From: a candidate division WOR-3 bacterium UBA2258
Lineage (GTDB): Bacteria; Hydrothermota; Tepidihabitantia; Tepidihabitantales; Tepidihabitantaceae
DNA: 64,000 nt
NCBI GenBank assembly: GCA_002347155.1
Contig: DDXO01000113.1
Coordinates: forward strand, 1,570-65,569
Direction: 5' to 3'
The notes under the pieces were generated by a model that saw only the letters and a program-made list of their open reading frames with translations, did no database searches and was not told the origin of the DNA. A program made the translations under genes and the position numbers. Positions 9,101 through 17,782 of this stretch are shown piece by piece; position 1 is the stretch's first letter, and the number at the start of each line of letters is the position of its first letter.

Positions 9101-9217
9101 CTCAAAGAAACCGGTCGCGACGTCCAGGCTCTTTGTCGTTTGCGCTATCTGTTTGATTGCGTCGCACAGGGTGATTGACCCCTGATTGTCGATGATGTTG
9201 GGAAGCTTGCTGGCCAT
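6155..9217 (-). CDS. PLD-family (HKD) nuclease domain fused to SNF2-family helicase, 1020 aa
   Basis: N-terminal FHAKSYVF...[12 protein letters not shown] (single HKD-type PLD motif, Nuc/BfiI-like). Helicase motifs [12 protein letters not shown] (I), [10 protein letters not shown] (II), LTATP (III), and [36 protein letters not shown] (helicase C-terminal domain, motifs V-VI). Confidence 0.8.
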   Translation of the reverse strand: [1020 protein letters not shown]

Positions 9218-9611
9218 ACCCTAGTCCGATATCCGGCCAAACATGCGGAGAGTTATAGCCGCGAAAAGCCCGAGAGTCAAGGACGCGGCTCCGCCGCAGT
9301 TCATGCTCAAGCATACCTCGTTCATCGTTGGTTCGTCTATCGTTCCTCGCCCCGGTGGCAGCGCAAGCGCAAGCAGCGACGGTTGCCCCGTGCAGGTGCC
9401 ATCCGATGGCTCAACCCGCCCATTTGAGGCGCCCATCAGGGCGTTGCCGATTGTCGCCAGCAGACTGGAGATTGGCCGCGTGTCCCGCTCGGTTGACATC
9501 CAGACCCGCGAGACCTAGAATCCGGGCGTGAAGACTCCTCATGCGTCCGGCCCGCCCGCCGGTCAAAACCAGCCACGGCGAAGGGAACCGCGGTGAGCGG
9601 GGTACGTTAGC

Positions 9612-9995
9612 ATGGCACTGCTGGATAGACTGCTGAGGCAGCAGTCGAAGCACTGGACCGAGGCAGACTACGAGGAAACGCCTATCGCGTGCCCTGACTG
9701 CGAGAAACCGTTCGGCCACCTCGGCCTGCTCGAGAGTTTCGACCTGACGAGGAAGGAATTCCTGGACGCAGTGCGGGTGCAGGCTTCGGCAGTGCGGGAG
9801 CACCCGTCACACCCCAGGATCACCTGCCCGCACTGTGGGTGCGCGCATGACGTGAACTACCTCGGCGTCTGGATGTTCCTGCTGTTGTGTATGTGGGAAG
9901 TGCTGCTCGAGAAGAAGGTGATAGCGGTTGACGGCGGATTCGCGGCGTTTGTACGCCACGAGGAGAAGGTGACACGCAAGGCGAAGAACCGGTGA
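9612..9995 (+). CDS. small hypothetical protein with two CxxC pairs (CPDC...CPHC), putative zinc ribbon
   Basis: ORF sits in an otherwise gene-free stretch between the defence genes and the TA pair. The cysteine pairs are spaced as in a Zn ribbon. No further support. Confidence 0.35.
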   Translation: MALLDRLLRQQSKHWTEADYEETPIACPDCEKPFGHLGLLESFDLTRKEFLDAVRVQASAVREHPSHPRITCPHCGCAHDVNYLGVWMFLLLCMWEVLLEKKVIAVDGGFAAFVRHEEKVTRKAKNR

Positions 9996-10124
9996 GGGAA
10001 CGCATCACCCAATTCCGCCCGCCCGTTTGACACGCCGAGGTCAGGCCACGGCCGACGGCCAACAGCCGGCGGCTCAAGGCCGGAGCCGGGCCGGAGGTCG
10101 CTTCGATTTGACGGCGTTCACATA

Positions 10125-10751
10125 TTGCGTACAATTGTTCGCGCTATGAGAACAAAGCCGGCGGGTCCGGGTGAAATCCTCTTCGGTGTGGCCAGGCGGA
10201 GAGTATTGGCCCTGTTGTTCGGCCATACCGACGAGGCCTTTCACCTGCGCCAGGTGGTCCGCGAAACCGGTCTCAGTCCGGGCGGCGTGCACCGCGAGCT
10301 CGCGCAGTTGGTCGAGGCTGACCTCGTCACTCGAACCCAGCAGGGGCGACAGGTCTACTTCCAGGCCAACCCGGCGAGTCCGATATTCGCCGAGCTGAAG
10401 AGCCTGCTCGTGAAGACCGCCGGAGTCGCCGACGTGCTGCGCGAGACGCTCGCGCCGCTGGCCGCGAGTATCAGCATTGCGTTCGTGTACGGTTCGGTGG
10501 CGCGAGGCGAGGAGCGCCGCGCGAGCGACGTGGACCTGCTGGTCATCGGTGATGCGTCGTTTGCCGCAGTCACGCAAGCCCTGGCACCGGCACAGCGCAG
10601 GCTGAGCCGCGAGGTGAACCCGACAGTGTACACGCCGGATGAGTTCCGGCAGAAGCTGGCAGCAGGGCACCATTTTCTCCGCAGCGTGACAGCGCGTGAG
10701 AAGCTCTTCCTGTTCGGCAATGAGCACGACCTTAGACATTTGGGTAAGTAA
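10125..10751 (+). CDS. winged-HTH plus nucleotidyltransferase (MNT / KNTase-type) protein, putative antitoxin of an MNT-HEPN pair
   Basis: Nucleotidyltransferase motif YGSVARGEERRASDVDLLVIGD; N-terminal HTH-like region. Confidence 0.65.
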   Translation: MRTIVRAMRTKPAGPGEILFGVARRRVLALLFGHTDEAFHLRQVVRETGLSPGGVHRELAQLVEADLVTRTQQGRQVYFQANPASPIFAELKSLLVKTAGVADVLRETLAPLAASISIAFVYGSVARGEERRASDVDLLVIGDASFAAVTQALAPAQRRLSREVNPTVYTPDEFRQKLAAGHHFLRSVTAREKLFLFGNEHDLRHLGK

Positions 10752-11175
10752 CGGCTCGCTGCAGCGGCACACCTCCAGTCCGGAGGAAATCGCCGACCTG
10801 TTGTCCGTGGTCGAACGGGACATCGCAGCGGCGCAGACCCCGGGTCTGTCCGATGACTGGAAGCTGGCGATTGCATACAATGCCGCCCTTCAGGCCGCAA
10901 AGGCAGCGCTGGCCGCAGCCGGCTTCCGCGTGTCACCGAGTGAGAAGGGACACCACTATCGCCTCGTCGAGTCGCTGCGTTACACGGTCGAGGCGCCGGG
11001 CCGTGACGTGGACCTGTTGCAGCGGATGAAGAAGAAGCGGCATGTGAGCGACTATGAGGTCGCCGGCGCGGTATCGGAGCAGGAGGCCAGGGAGATGCAC
11101 GAGCTGGCACTCCGCATCCGCGAGCTGGTGGTCCACTGGCTGCGTGAGCACCGCTCGGACCTGCTGACGCCGTAG
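10720..11175 (+). CDS. HEPN-domain protein, putative toxin partner of the upstream MNT
   Basis: Overlaps the stop of the MNT gene. Candidate R-x5-H motif (RMKKKRH); typical size (~150 aa) and arrangement. The longer alternative start at 10696 is in the ORF track. Confidence 0.5.
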   Translation: MSTTLDIWVSNGSLQRHTSSPEEIADLLSVVERDIAAAQTPGLSDDWKLAIAYNAALQAAKAALAAAGFRVSPSEKGHHYRLVESLRYTVEAPGRDVDLLQRMKKKRHVSDYEVAGAVSEQEAREMHELALRIRELVVHWLREHRSDLLTP

Positions 11176-11496
11176 CCGGCCTCGCCCTCGGTCCCCAGTC
11201 ACCAATCCCTCGTCTTAGGTCAGAGCATCGTTGGCCTCAGCCACCCTGTTTGCATGCTGTTGTTCGGAGCTTGCCCAGGCGAGAAAAACCGGCAGTTTCG
11301 GCTAAGCCCTTAGTAAACGTATGTTTACTTACCCTGCCACAGGACAGGTGAAGGCAAAGGCAGAGGTAGAAGCATAAACAACTATCTAGCAAAGACTTAG
11401 CGAGTTGCGAGCAGGGGCTTTTTGGCGTTGACTTTGCCCGTCTTCTGACTATCCTACGAATGTGATAAATGGTGAGGTCAGTGAAGCCCTAATGAC

Positions 11497-11625
11497 GCAC
11501 TGTCAGACAGGGTCCGCCGGGGTCAAACCCGAATGACGATTCAAGCTCGAATGAGGGACCAATGTCCAATTCGGACTTAGGACTTCAATTGGAATTGGCC
11601 TCAGCGGCCCCTGTCAGACAGTGCG
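11497..11625. repeat. ~129-bp element bounded by a perfect 17-bp inverted repeat (CGCACTGTCAGACAGGG ... CCCTGTCAGACAGTGCG); MITE-like or long hairpin RNA
   Basis: Arms at 11497-11513 and 11609-11625. The interior carries the GAATGACGA / TTCGGACTT dispersed repeat motif. Confidence 0.5.
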
Positions 11626-11781
11626 TGCTTCGAGCTTCGAGTTTGGCTGTCCGTGGGCCCTGTGGTCCAATCTCGGGACCAGGGACACATGTATCTGGAA
11701 GTAAGAAAATCGGCAAGCGGGCCCTGAGGGGTCCGACAAAAAAGCAGTCGCTGCGCTCATGGAGCAGCGAGAAGGAAAAGA

Positions 11782-12561
11782 ATGACTGGCGACAAGGGGA
11801 ACAGCCCCACGCTCACGGCTGCCATCCGGCACGTTCTGGATGGCGACGTGGACGCCTATGGAACAATCTATGAAGCAATAGACAAACCACTACGTTCGCA
11901 TATCCGATTCATGTACGGCGGCCACGACGAGGAACTCTGGGACGAGATCGCCAACCGCACCCACACCTGCATCTTCGAGAATCTGCATAGGTACGACTCT
12001 GCCCGCGCACCCTTCCTGGCATGGGTGAAGCTGATGTCACGCAACGTCGGTCTCCGAGTCCTGACCGAGCGCTACAATCTGCGCAAGGTCCAGGGCCCGG
12101 ACGGCCGATGGCAGCGCCTTCCGATGACGATTGCCATGGACGAGGAAGCACTGTCCCTCGCGGCCAGGCCTGTGGCCGGCCCTGAGGAGGAGTACTTCGC
12201 CAAGTGGCAGGACCACCTTCTCGCGAAGGAACTCGAGACGCTGGCCAATGAGGGCAGGCTCAGCACCACGCTGCCTGCTCTGGAAGGTCTGACGCAGAAA
12301 CAAGCCGCGAAGAAGCTCGGCATACCGGTCATTCGCCTGCGGCGCCTCATTGAGAGGAACCACCGTCGAATGAGAAAGGGGCTGGTGCGCCGGGGCGTGC
12401 GGCCGGTCGAACGCGTGCCTCACTACGGCATGGTCAGGTACGACACAGACGAGACCCGGTATGACGATGACTGGACGTCATCCCAGGCTGAGACCCTGCC
12501 GGTCGAGCCGGATTCACGGACCGACTCGGCAGCGAAGGAGACTGGAGGGCGGCCCGAATAG
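11782..12561 (+). CDS. sigma-70 family (ECF-like) RNA polymerase sigma factor with C-terminal extension
   Basis: Region-2-like FLAWVKLMSRNVGLRVL and region-4 HTH LTQKQAAKKLGIPVIRLRRLIERNHRRMRKGL. Confidence 0.6.
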   Translation: MTGDKGNSPTLTAAIRHVLDGDVDAYGTIYEAIDKPLRSHIRFMYGGHDEELWDEIANRTHTCIFENLHRYDSARAPFLAWVKLMSRNVGLRVLTERYNLRKVQGPDGRWQRLPMTIAMDEEALSLAARPVAGPEEEYFAKWQDHLLAKELETLANEGRLSTTLPALEGLTQKQAAKKLGIPVIRLRRLIERNHRRMRKGLVRRGVRPVERVPHYGMVRYDTDETRYDDDWTSSQAETLPVEPDSRTDSAAKETGGRPE

Positions 12562-12852
12562 TGCAGAATTCAGAAACCAGAATCCAGAGAGCAGAATTGC
12601 AGGCTCCCGGAAGTCAGAGGCAAGCAGCGGCTGACAGGCAATAGACTACGAACAACATGAGAGCGCCGGCGCAAGCCGGCGTTTCCTGCATCTCCCGACG
12701 AGGGACGAGCAAACGATGGACGACATGACGATTCTTGAGCAAATCCGCCGGTTTCGGACATACAGATAAGTGAGGGGAAAGGACAGTGGTCCAGGGATCA
12801 AGTGACCCAGAGATCAAGTGTGCCGATTCCCCAGTCCGAATGAGCTCAAACC

Positions 12853-13257
12853 GTGCGGCAGAGCCGCACAGAAAGGCAGGGTCCCATGATGGATCCAGCA
12901 AAGCGGATAGCGAAGTGGAACGTGAAGTACAACACGGAGCGCATCAAGGCCACGCTCGACGAGATGCGGCCGACGATGCTCGCGAACGTGACCGCGGTCT
13001 ACCCGATGATCACGGCCATGGAGCTGCAGGTGAAACAGGTCTGCGATGGAGCCGGAGTGTCGGTCATCGAGATCCCGTTCTACCTCAACTTCGGCCGTGA
13101 GCTGTGGGCGCTCTCTCGGAAGGAAATCTCCGGTGAGACGCTCGCCATCGAAGCCGCGACGCTGATCGCGAAGTGGAAGGCCCGCGGCCTGACCGAGGCC
13201 GTGCTCCAGGCCATCCGCACCGACGTCTTCAACGTCAGCGCGCCCATCGCCCCGTAA
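12853..13257 (+). CDS. hypothetical protein (about 123-134 aa; more likely start ATG at 12886)
   Basis: Compact ORF followed by a strong intrinsic terminator. No recognisable motif. Confidence 0.45.
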   Translation: MRQSRTERQGPMMDPAKRIAKWNVKYNTERIKATLDEMRPTMLANVTAVYPMITAMELQVKQVCDGAGVSVIEIPFYLNFGRELWALSRKEISGETLAIEAATLIAKWKARGLTEAVLQAIRTDVFNVSAPIAP

Positions 13258-13332
13258 GCGACGGGAACGGAACCGGACCTTACCACCAAGACACCAAGTC
13301 ACCAAGGTCCGGCAACCAAAGTCCGACGAAGA

Positions 13333-13367
13333 GGGGCCGGGGAAAGCTGTCTTCCCCGGCCCTTTCT
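13333..13367 (+). terminator. rho-independent terminator hairpin (ggggccgggga-aagctgtct-tccccggccc) followed by TTTCT
   Basis: 10-bp GC stem with a 9-nt loop and a short T-run, 75 bp after the stop of the 12853..13257 ORF. Confidence 0.6.
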
Positions 13368-13938
13368 ACATGCCCGGCAAGAGGGAACGACCACGGCTTC
13401 GGGATGCCTGCGGGGTGCTTTGCGGAGGGAGGAGTGAGGAGGGAGGACTGAGTAAGGAGGTGCGAGGAGGAAGGAGGAGTCGGATTTCCGAAGTGGGGGT
13501 GCGTTGTGCAGGGCCGAAGACGAATGGCGAATTCCGAGTGTCAATCCTGGGAGTCGGGACGGCTGGTTACATCCGAGTCCGGTCCCGGCGTAGATCGAGC
13601 ATGGTGGGCCCTTGCCGGGCGCACAAGCAGGGCGGGCGGTTTGCCCGCCCGTCTTTGTTTCTGCCGCGCGAAGTCAGAAGGTAGAAACCAGATTGCAGCA
13701 TGTGGAATTCCGGACTCTATCCTGCGCTTCCGCCTTCCAGCATCCGGTTTCTGACCTCTGACTGCGGGCTGCCCGGACACCCATCCGTATCCACCTGCGT
13801 CCATTCGTGGTTGGCTCTCTTTGTGCTTTGGTCGTGAGATTCCCGGCCGGTACTTCTGTCTTCCAGCATCTGACCCCTGACGTCCAGCTTTGTCTGTCTC
13901 CTTGACCCCCCGTCCCCTTTCAGTTACTCTGGCTCATC

Positions 13939-14988
13939 GTGGTCTTCAACCGCATCCTCACCCACGAACGGCCCCACCTTGACGAAATCGTGGCCATCTG
14001 GCTTTTGCGCAGGTTCGGGGAACAACGGTTTCCCGGCATCGGCACGGCCGCGGTCGAATTCACCTCGATCCGCAGGCTGACGGAGGCCGGCCGCAAATCC
14101 GAGGACTACGAGGCTGAGGGAACGCTGCTGCTCGGCATCGGCGGCGGCCGCTTCGACGAACACCCGACGCTCGACGCCGACCGCAAAGCGGGCGACTGCG
14201 CTACCACGCTGGTCGCCCGGGACCTCGGCATCAGCGATGACCCTTCGCTCGCCAAGATCCTCCGGTTCGTCCGGGCCGCGGATGTCGACGGCAACGCGTC
14301 GCCGTTCGACATCTCCTACGTGGTCAAAGTCCTGCACGCCCGGCACCCCGAAGAACCCGACCGGGTAATCGAGTGGGCGCTTGTGGCAATCGAGGCCAAA
14401 TATCAGGAGCAGTTGCGGTTCTTCACCGTCGTCAAGTCGGAGTTCGAAGCCAGGGCCAGAGTCGAGGAGATTGAGGTGGGGAAGAAGCGGCTGCGGGTCG
14501 TGACCATTGACTCGGACGAGGACGGGATTCACAAGTACGCCCGGTCCGAATTCGGGGCGCGAGCAGCCGTCGTTATCCAGCGCCGGTCGGTGGGAAACGT
14601 GGCGGTCTTCGGCAACAAGCAGGCGGGCGTTGACCTGCGCGAGGCGGCCAAGCTCATCCGCCTGGCCGAGCGTGAAGCCAAAGGGCTCGAGCCTGGGGTT
14701 GATGACGAGAGGCTGCTGGCCGAAGGCTACGCGCCCGGCGCGGAGGAGTGGTTCTACCACAGACAGGGGCAGATGCTCCTCAACGGCAGCCTCACCCAGG
14801 CCGACGTGCCCCCGACCCGGCTCAGTCTCGACCGGATTGCCGAACTCGTGAAAATCGGCGTCGACCCGACGCGGGTCAAGCCGCTTTGCCAGTCAACGGG
14901 TCGCTGCCTCGGCGAGGTCTGCGACTGGTACGCCTGGCAGCTCTCGCGCTGCGCCAGGTTCCGCGGTCCTGTCCCCGACCACAACTAG
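13939..14988 (+). CDS. UPF0160 / MYG1-like metal-dependent hydrolase
   Basis: N-terminal THERPHLDEIVAIWLLRR resembles the MYG1 THNGTFHCDEALACALLR motif. A later GIGGGRFDEH resembles the MYG1 second metal-binding region. Length ~350 aa fits. Confidence 0.45.
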   Translation: MVFNRILTHERPHLDEIVAIWLLRRFGEQRFPGIGTAAVEFTSIRRLTEAGRKSEDYEAEGTLLLGIGGGRFDEHPTLDADRKAGDCATTLVARDLGISDDPSLAKILRFVRAADVDGNASPFDISYVVKVLHARHPEEPDRVIEWALVAIEAKYQEQLRFFTVVKSEFEARARVEEIEVGKKRLRVVTIDSDEDGIHKYARSEFGARAAVVIQRRSVGNVAVFGNKQAGVDLREAAKLIRLAEREAKGLEPGVDDERLLAEGYAPGAEEWFYHRQGQMLLNGSLTQADVPPTRLSLDRIAELVKIGVDPTRVKPLCQSTGRCLGEVCDWYAWQLSRCARFRGPVPDHN

Positions 14989-15094
14989 CCCCCTCCGCGG
15001 CCAAGCCACAATCGTCAGTCGGAAGTCACGACAGGTCTGCCGTGCTTCGTGCCGCACTTCGCCGGGTGCTTGTTGAGGCCGACGGCGCTCCGGC

Positions 15095-15676
15095 TCAGGA
15101 GAATCTGCCGGACCGTTTGATCTGGTCTGTTTGCGGACGAGTGCCGCGGAGCAGGGAAGTCGGCAGTTTAATCGCGGCGCCGAGCCGTCCGACGTGTCGC
15201 GGTCTCCCCTTCGCCGCATCCCGCAGGCATTTGAGTAACTCGTTCTCGCATGAAGAGAGGGTTCGTTCGTACCCGTGCTCAAGCAGGTCGACCAGAAGGC
15301 CGCGAGCCGCGTCGAGCAGCGTGAGCGGGTACACGTCCTGCCGATGCCGGAAGTACTTGCGAATCCATTTGTAGGCCAGGCGGCGTTCTGCCGGGTTCCA
15401 GAGCTTGTGCATCTTCGGCCGGCCGCGGGCGATGGCAGCGCTTGAGATCCGGCTGCGGATCGCGTCAAAGGTCCGGCGGTACATGCGGTCGGACTTGGCT
15501 GCCCCGGGTCGCGCCGCGTACCATTCGCGGAGCGCGAGCAGGCAGTCTGCGGCGGCCGGAGCGAGGCCGGCATAGCGACCAGCGAGCAGGCGCTTAGTGT
15601 ACCTGATGACGACCCGGGACTCGCCCGGACACCAGGGCCGGGCCGGAGGTCTGCGTACTGAGCGTCTGGCCTTCAC
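15095..15676 (-). CDS. hypothetical protein
   Basis: 193-aa ORF with no recognisable motif. Its coding status is uncertain. Confidence 0.3.
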   Translation of the reverse strand: MKARRSVRRPPARPWCPGESRVVIRYTKRLLAGRYAGLAPAAADCLLALREWYAARPGAAKSDRMYRRTFDAIRSRISSAAIARGRPKMHKLWNPAERRLAYKWIRKYFRHRQDVYPLTLLDAARGLLVDLLEHGYERTLSSCENELLKCLRDAAKGRPRHVGRLGAAIKLPTSLLRGTRPQTDQIKRSGRFS

Positions 15677-15835
15677 GTCGCAAGGATACTACGTATTTGT
15701 GAGAACCTGGTCAAGCCCGGCGGGCAGGGAAAACGGGCGTTCGCCGCACCCGCGCGTGCTGTTGGGCCGGTGCGGGCCGAGCAGGGCCGCCGCCCGGCGA
15801 AGCGGGTAGAGCGCCGCGGGCGTGTCCCCGGCCTG

Positions 15836-17782
15836 CTACTTCAGGAAGTACACCTCGCGGAGCTGCGGGCGGCTGAGTGCGTCGGCCGCGGCCTTGAGCT
15901 GTGCGAACTCGGCGACCGAGTAGTCTGTCTTCGTCAGCCTTAACGAGTAGTGGAAGCTCACTCCATCCGCCGTCTTCGCCCAGCCGCCCCGGGCCGTGAT
16001 GCCGGCGGCGGACACTGCGACGCTGTCCGGCAGGACATCCACCTTCAGTCCGCGCGGCAGCTTGATCTTACAGGTGTACTCGTAGCCGCGCGCCGGCTTG
16101 GTCTCGACCGGGTTCGTGCGGCGTGCGCTCGCGGTGAGCCAGAACAGCTCCTCGCCGACCACGGCCGGCGTCGGCACGCGCAGCGAGAGCTCGCCCTTCT
16201 GCGCCACTGCGTAGCGCGGCGCCGTGAAGAAGAAACCGGTGGCCGCCGGCTCGGTCAGATCGGCCAGGTCTGAGAACCAGAACGTGTCGATCTGCGCCCC
16301 GGTCTTGATTGACGAAGCGGTCTGGGCCAGTGCCCGCTTCCGGTCGCTCGAAGTCCGGTTGCGCCAGGCTTCGCGCAGGGAGTTGTCGTAGCAGCCGCCC
16401 GTCATGGTGGTCACCGTTCCGGAGAGGTTGCCGTTCAGTTCGAGCACGAGCTGGGCGGTCGTAACCGCCCGGTCAGCCGGGTTCGGACCCGCGCCCGGAC
16501 TCTTGGTCAGTTGCGTGCTTGCCGAGTCAAGAAGCAGCGCGTCAACCCCGGCGTCCTCGTCCGGTATGGTGCCGTAGATGCGATACTCGGCGAACGGGTC
16601 GAAGAGCATCGGTTTGCCGTCAACGGTCGCCAGTGTAGCGAGCCAGTCGAAGGCGTCGGGCGATGGCACGCCGGGCGGTACGTCCAGCGACGTGCTCAGC
16701 GCGACCGGCGTCGCCGATATGCCCCGAGCGTCGAGCAGGCTGACGAGGAGCCGGTTCTTGTCCCGGCTGTCGCCGTACTTCCAGTTCAGGATATCCTGCG
16801 CCCTGTTGGTTTCGTACCCCGCGTCGCCGTAGTCGAGCCAGATGCTCCGCACCTGCTGGGTGACGAACAGGTAGATGGCTCTCGCAGCTTCGGCATCGGA
16901 CTTGCCTGCGGCCAGGCTGTCGGCAGTCCGCTTCAAAACCGGTGAGGCGACGCGGCCTTTGTCGAAGTCCTTGCGCAGCTTCGTCGCGACCTGTTTCCAG
17001 TCTTTGTACGAAGAGTAGCTGAGCACGGGCACGAGTCGCTCGATGTCGGGCATCGCCGCCTCGCGGAATATCTGCGGCGTGTTTGTCGCCGTCCACGTGT
17101 GCGAGTCCTGTTCAACCACCTCTACGAGGTCCAGACTCGAACCCCGGACTTCCTCTCCCGCTCCAGACCAGGCGTGCGAGTATCCCACTCCCCCGGGCAC
17201 GATCAGCGTGAATTCGCGCTTCAGCGCCGGGTTGAATCCGCCGAACGTGACCGTTCCGGAGAAACCGTCCTCTTTCGCGTTCTTCTTCGGTCTGACCCGT
17301 ACGCGGTACTCGATGACTGCGTCCGGTTCCAGGGCCGGGAACGAAACCACCTTGAGCATCGCGTTGGTGTAGGCCATGGCGCCCGCCACCTCCGGTGCGG
17401 AGACGTCGGAAATCGCACGGGCCTCGGGTTTGACGATACTGCCGTCGGGCCGGTGGGTGCAGGCCTGGAGGACCTCCACGGTCTGGCCGTCTTTGTTGAA
17501 CCTCTGCGTGATTTCGCCGAATTCGTCCCGGCCGCGGTCTTCGAAGATTTTCACCACGAGGTAGCGGTCGAGCGTGGTCGAGTTGTTCTTGTTCACGGTG
17601 ACGGTCTTGCGGTCGAGCAGGATGAGTGCGCCGGCCTCGGGATAGGCTTCCTGACCCGGGGCGGCCCTGATGATGCTGTCTATCTCGCCACCCAGGGACA
17701 AAGTCACAAGGACAATGGAAAAGACGACAGCCAAGCTTGCCACTGGAATCCTTGAATCCTTGATCCCCTGAATCCTAGTCAT
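15836..17782 (-). CDS. secreted DUF3857-like / transglutaminase-like superfamily protein, paralogue B, predicted catalytically inactive (Cys to Ser)
   Basis: Hydrophobic N-terminus (signal peptide). Transglutaminase core region YGDSRDKNRLLVSLLDARGISATPV, where the paralogue has YGVCRDKAALLVGMLRHVGIDAYI. Confidence 0.65.
   Translation of the reverse strand: MTRIQGIKDSRIPVASLAVVFSIVLVTLSLGGEIDSIIRAAPGQEAYPEAGALILLDRKTVTVNKNNSTTLDRYLVVKIFEDRGRDEFGEITQRFNKDGQTVEVLQACTHRPDGSIVKPEARAISDVSAPEVAGAMAYTNAMLKVVSFPALEPDAVIEYRVRVRPKKNAKEDGFSGTVTFGGFNPALKREFTLIVPGGVGYSHAWSGAGEEVRGSSLDLVEVVEQDSHTWTATNTPQIFREAAMPDIERLVPVLSYSSYKDWKQVATKLRKDFDKGRVASPVLKRTADSLAAGKSDAEAARAIYLFVTQQVRSIWLDYGDAGYETNRAQDILNWKYGDSRDKNRLLVSLLDARGISATPVALSTSLDVPPGVPSPDAFDWLATLATVDGKPMLFDPFAEYRIYGTIPDEDAGVDALLLDSASTQLTKSPGAGPNPADRAVTTAQLVLELNGNLSGTVTTMTGGCYDNSLREAWRNRTSSDRKRALAQTASSIKTGAQIDTFWFSDLADLTEPAATGFFFTAPRYAVAQKGELSLRVPTPAVVGEELFWLTASARRTNPVETKPARGYEYTCKIKLPRGLKVDVLPDSVAVSAAGITARGGWAKTADGVSFHYSLRLTKTDYSVAEFAQLKAAADALSRPQLREVYFLK

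Noticed and set aside
10074-11110. Minus-strand ORFs 10074..10880 and 10355..11110 overlapping the MNT/HEPN pair
   Set aside because: Antisense frames of the better-supported TA genes; Arg/Pro/Ser-rich.
17120-17150. ggttcgagtctgg-like sequence on the minus strand resembling a tRNA T-loop
   Set aside because: Flanking bases do not form a T-stem or acceptor stem, and it is inside the transglutaminase-like CDS.
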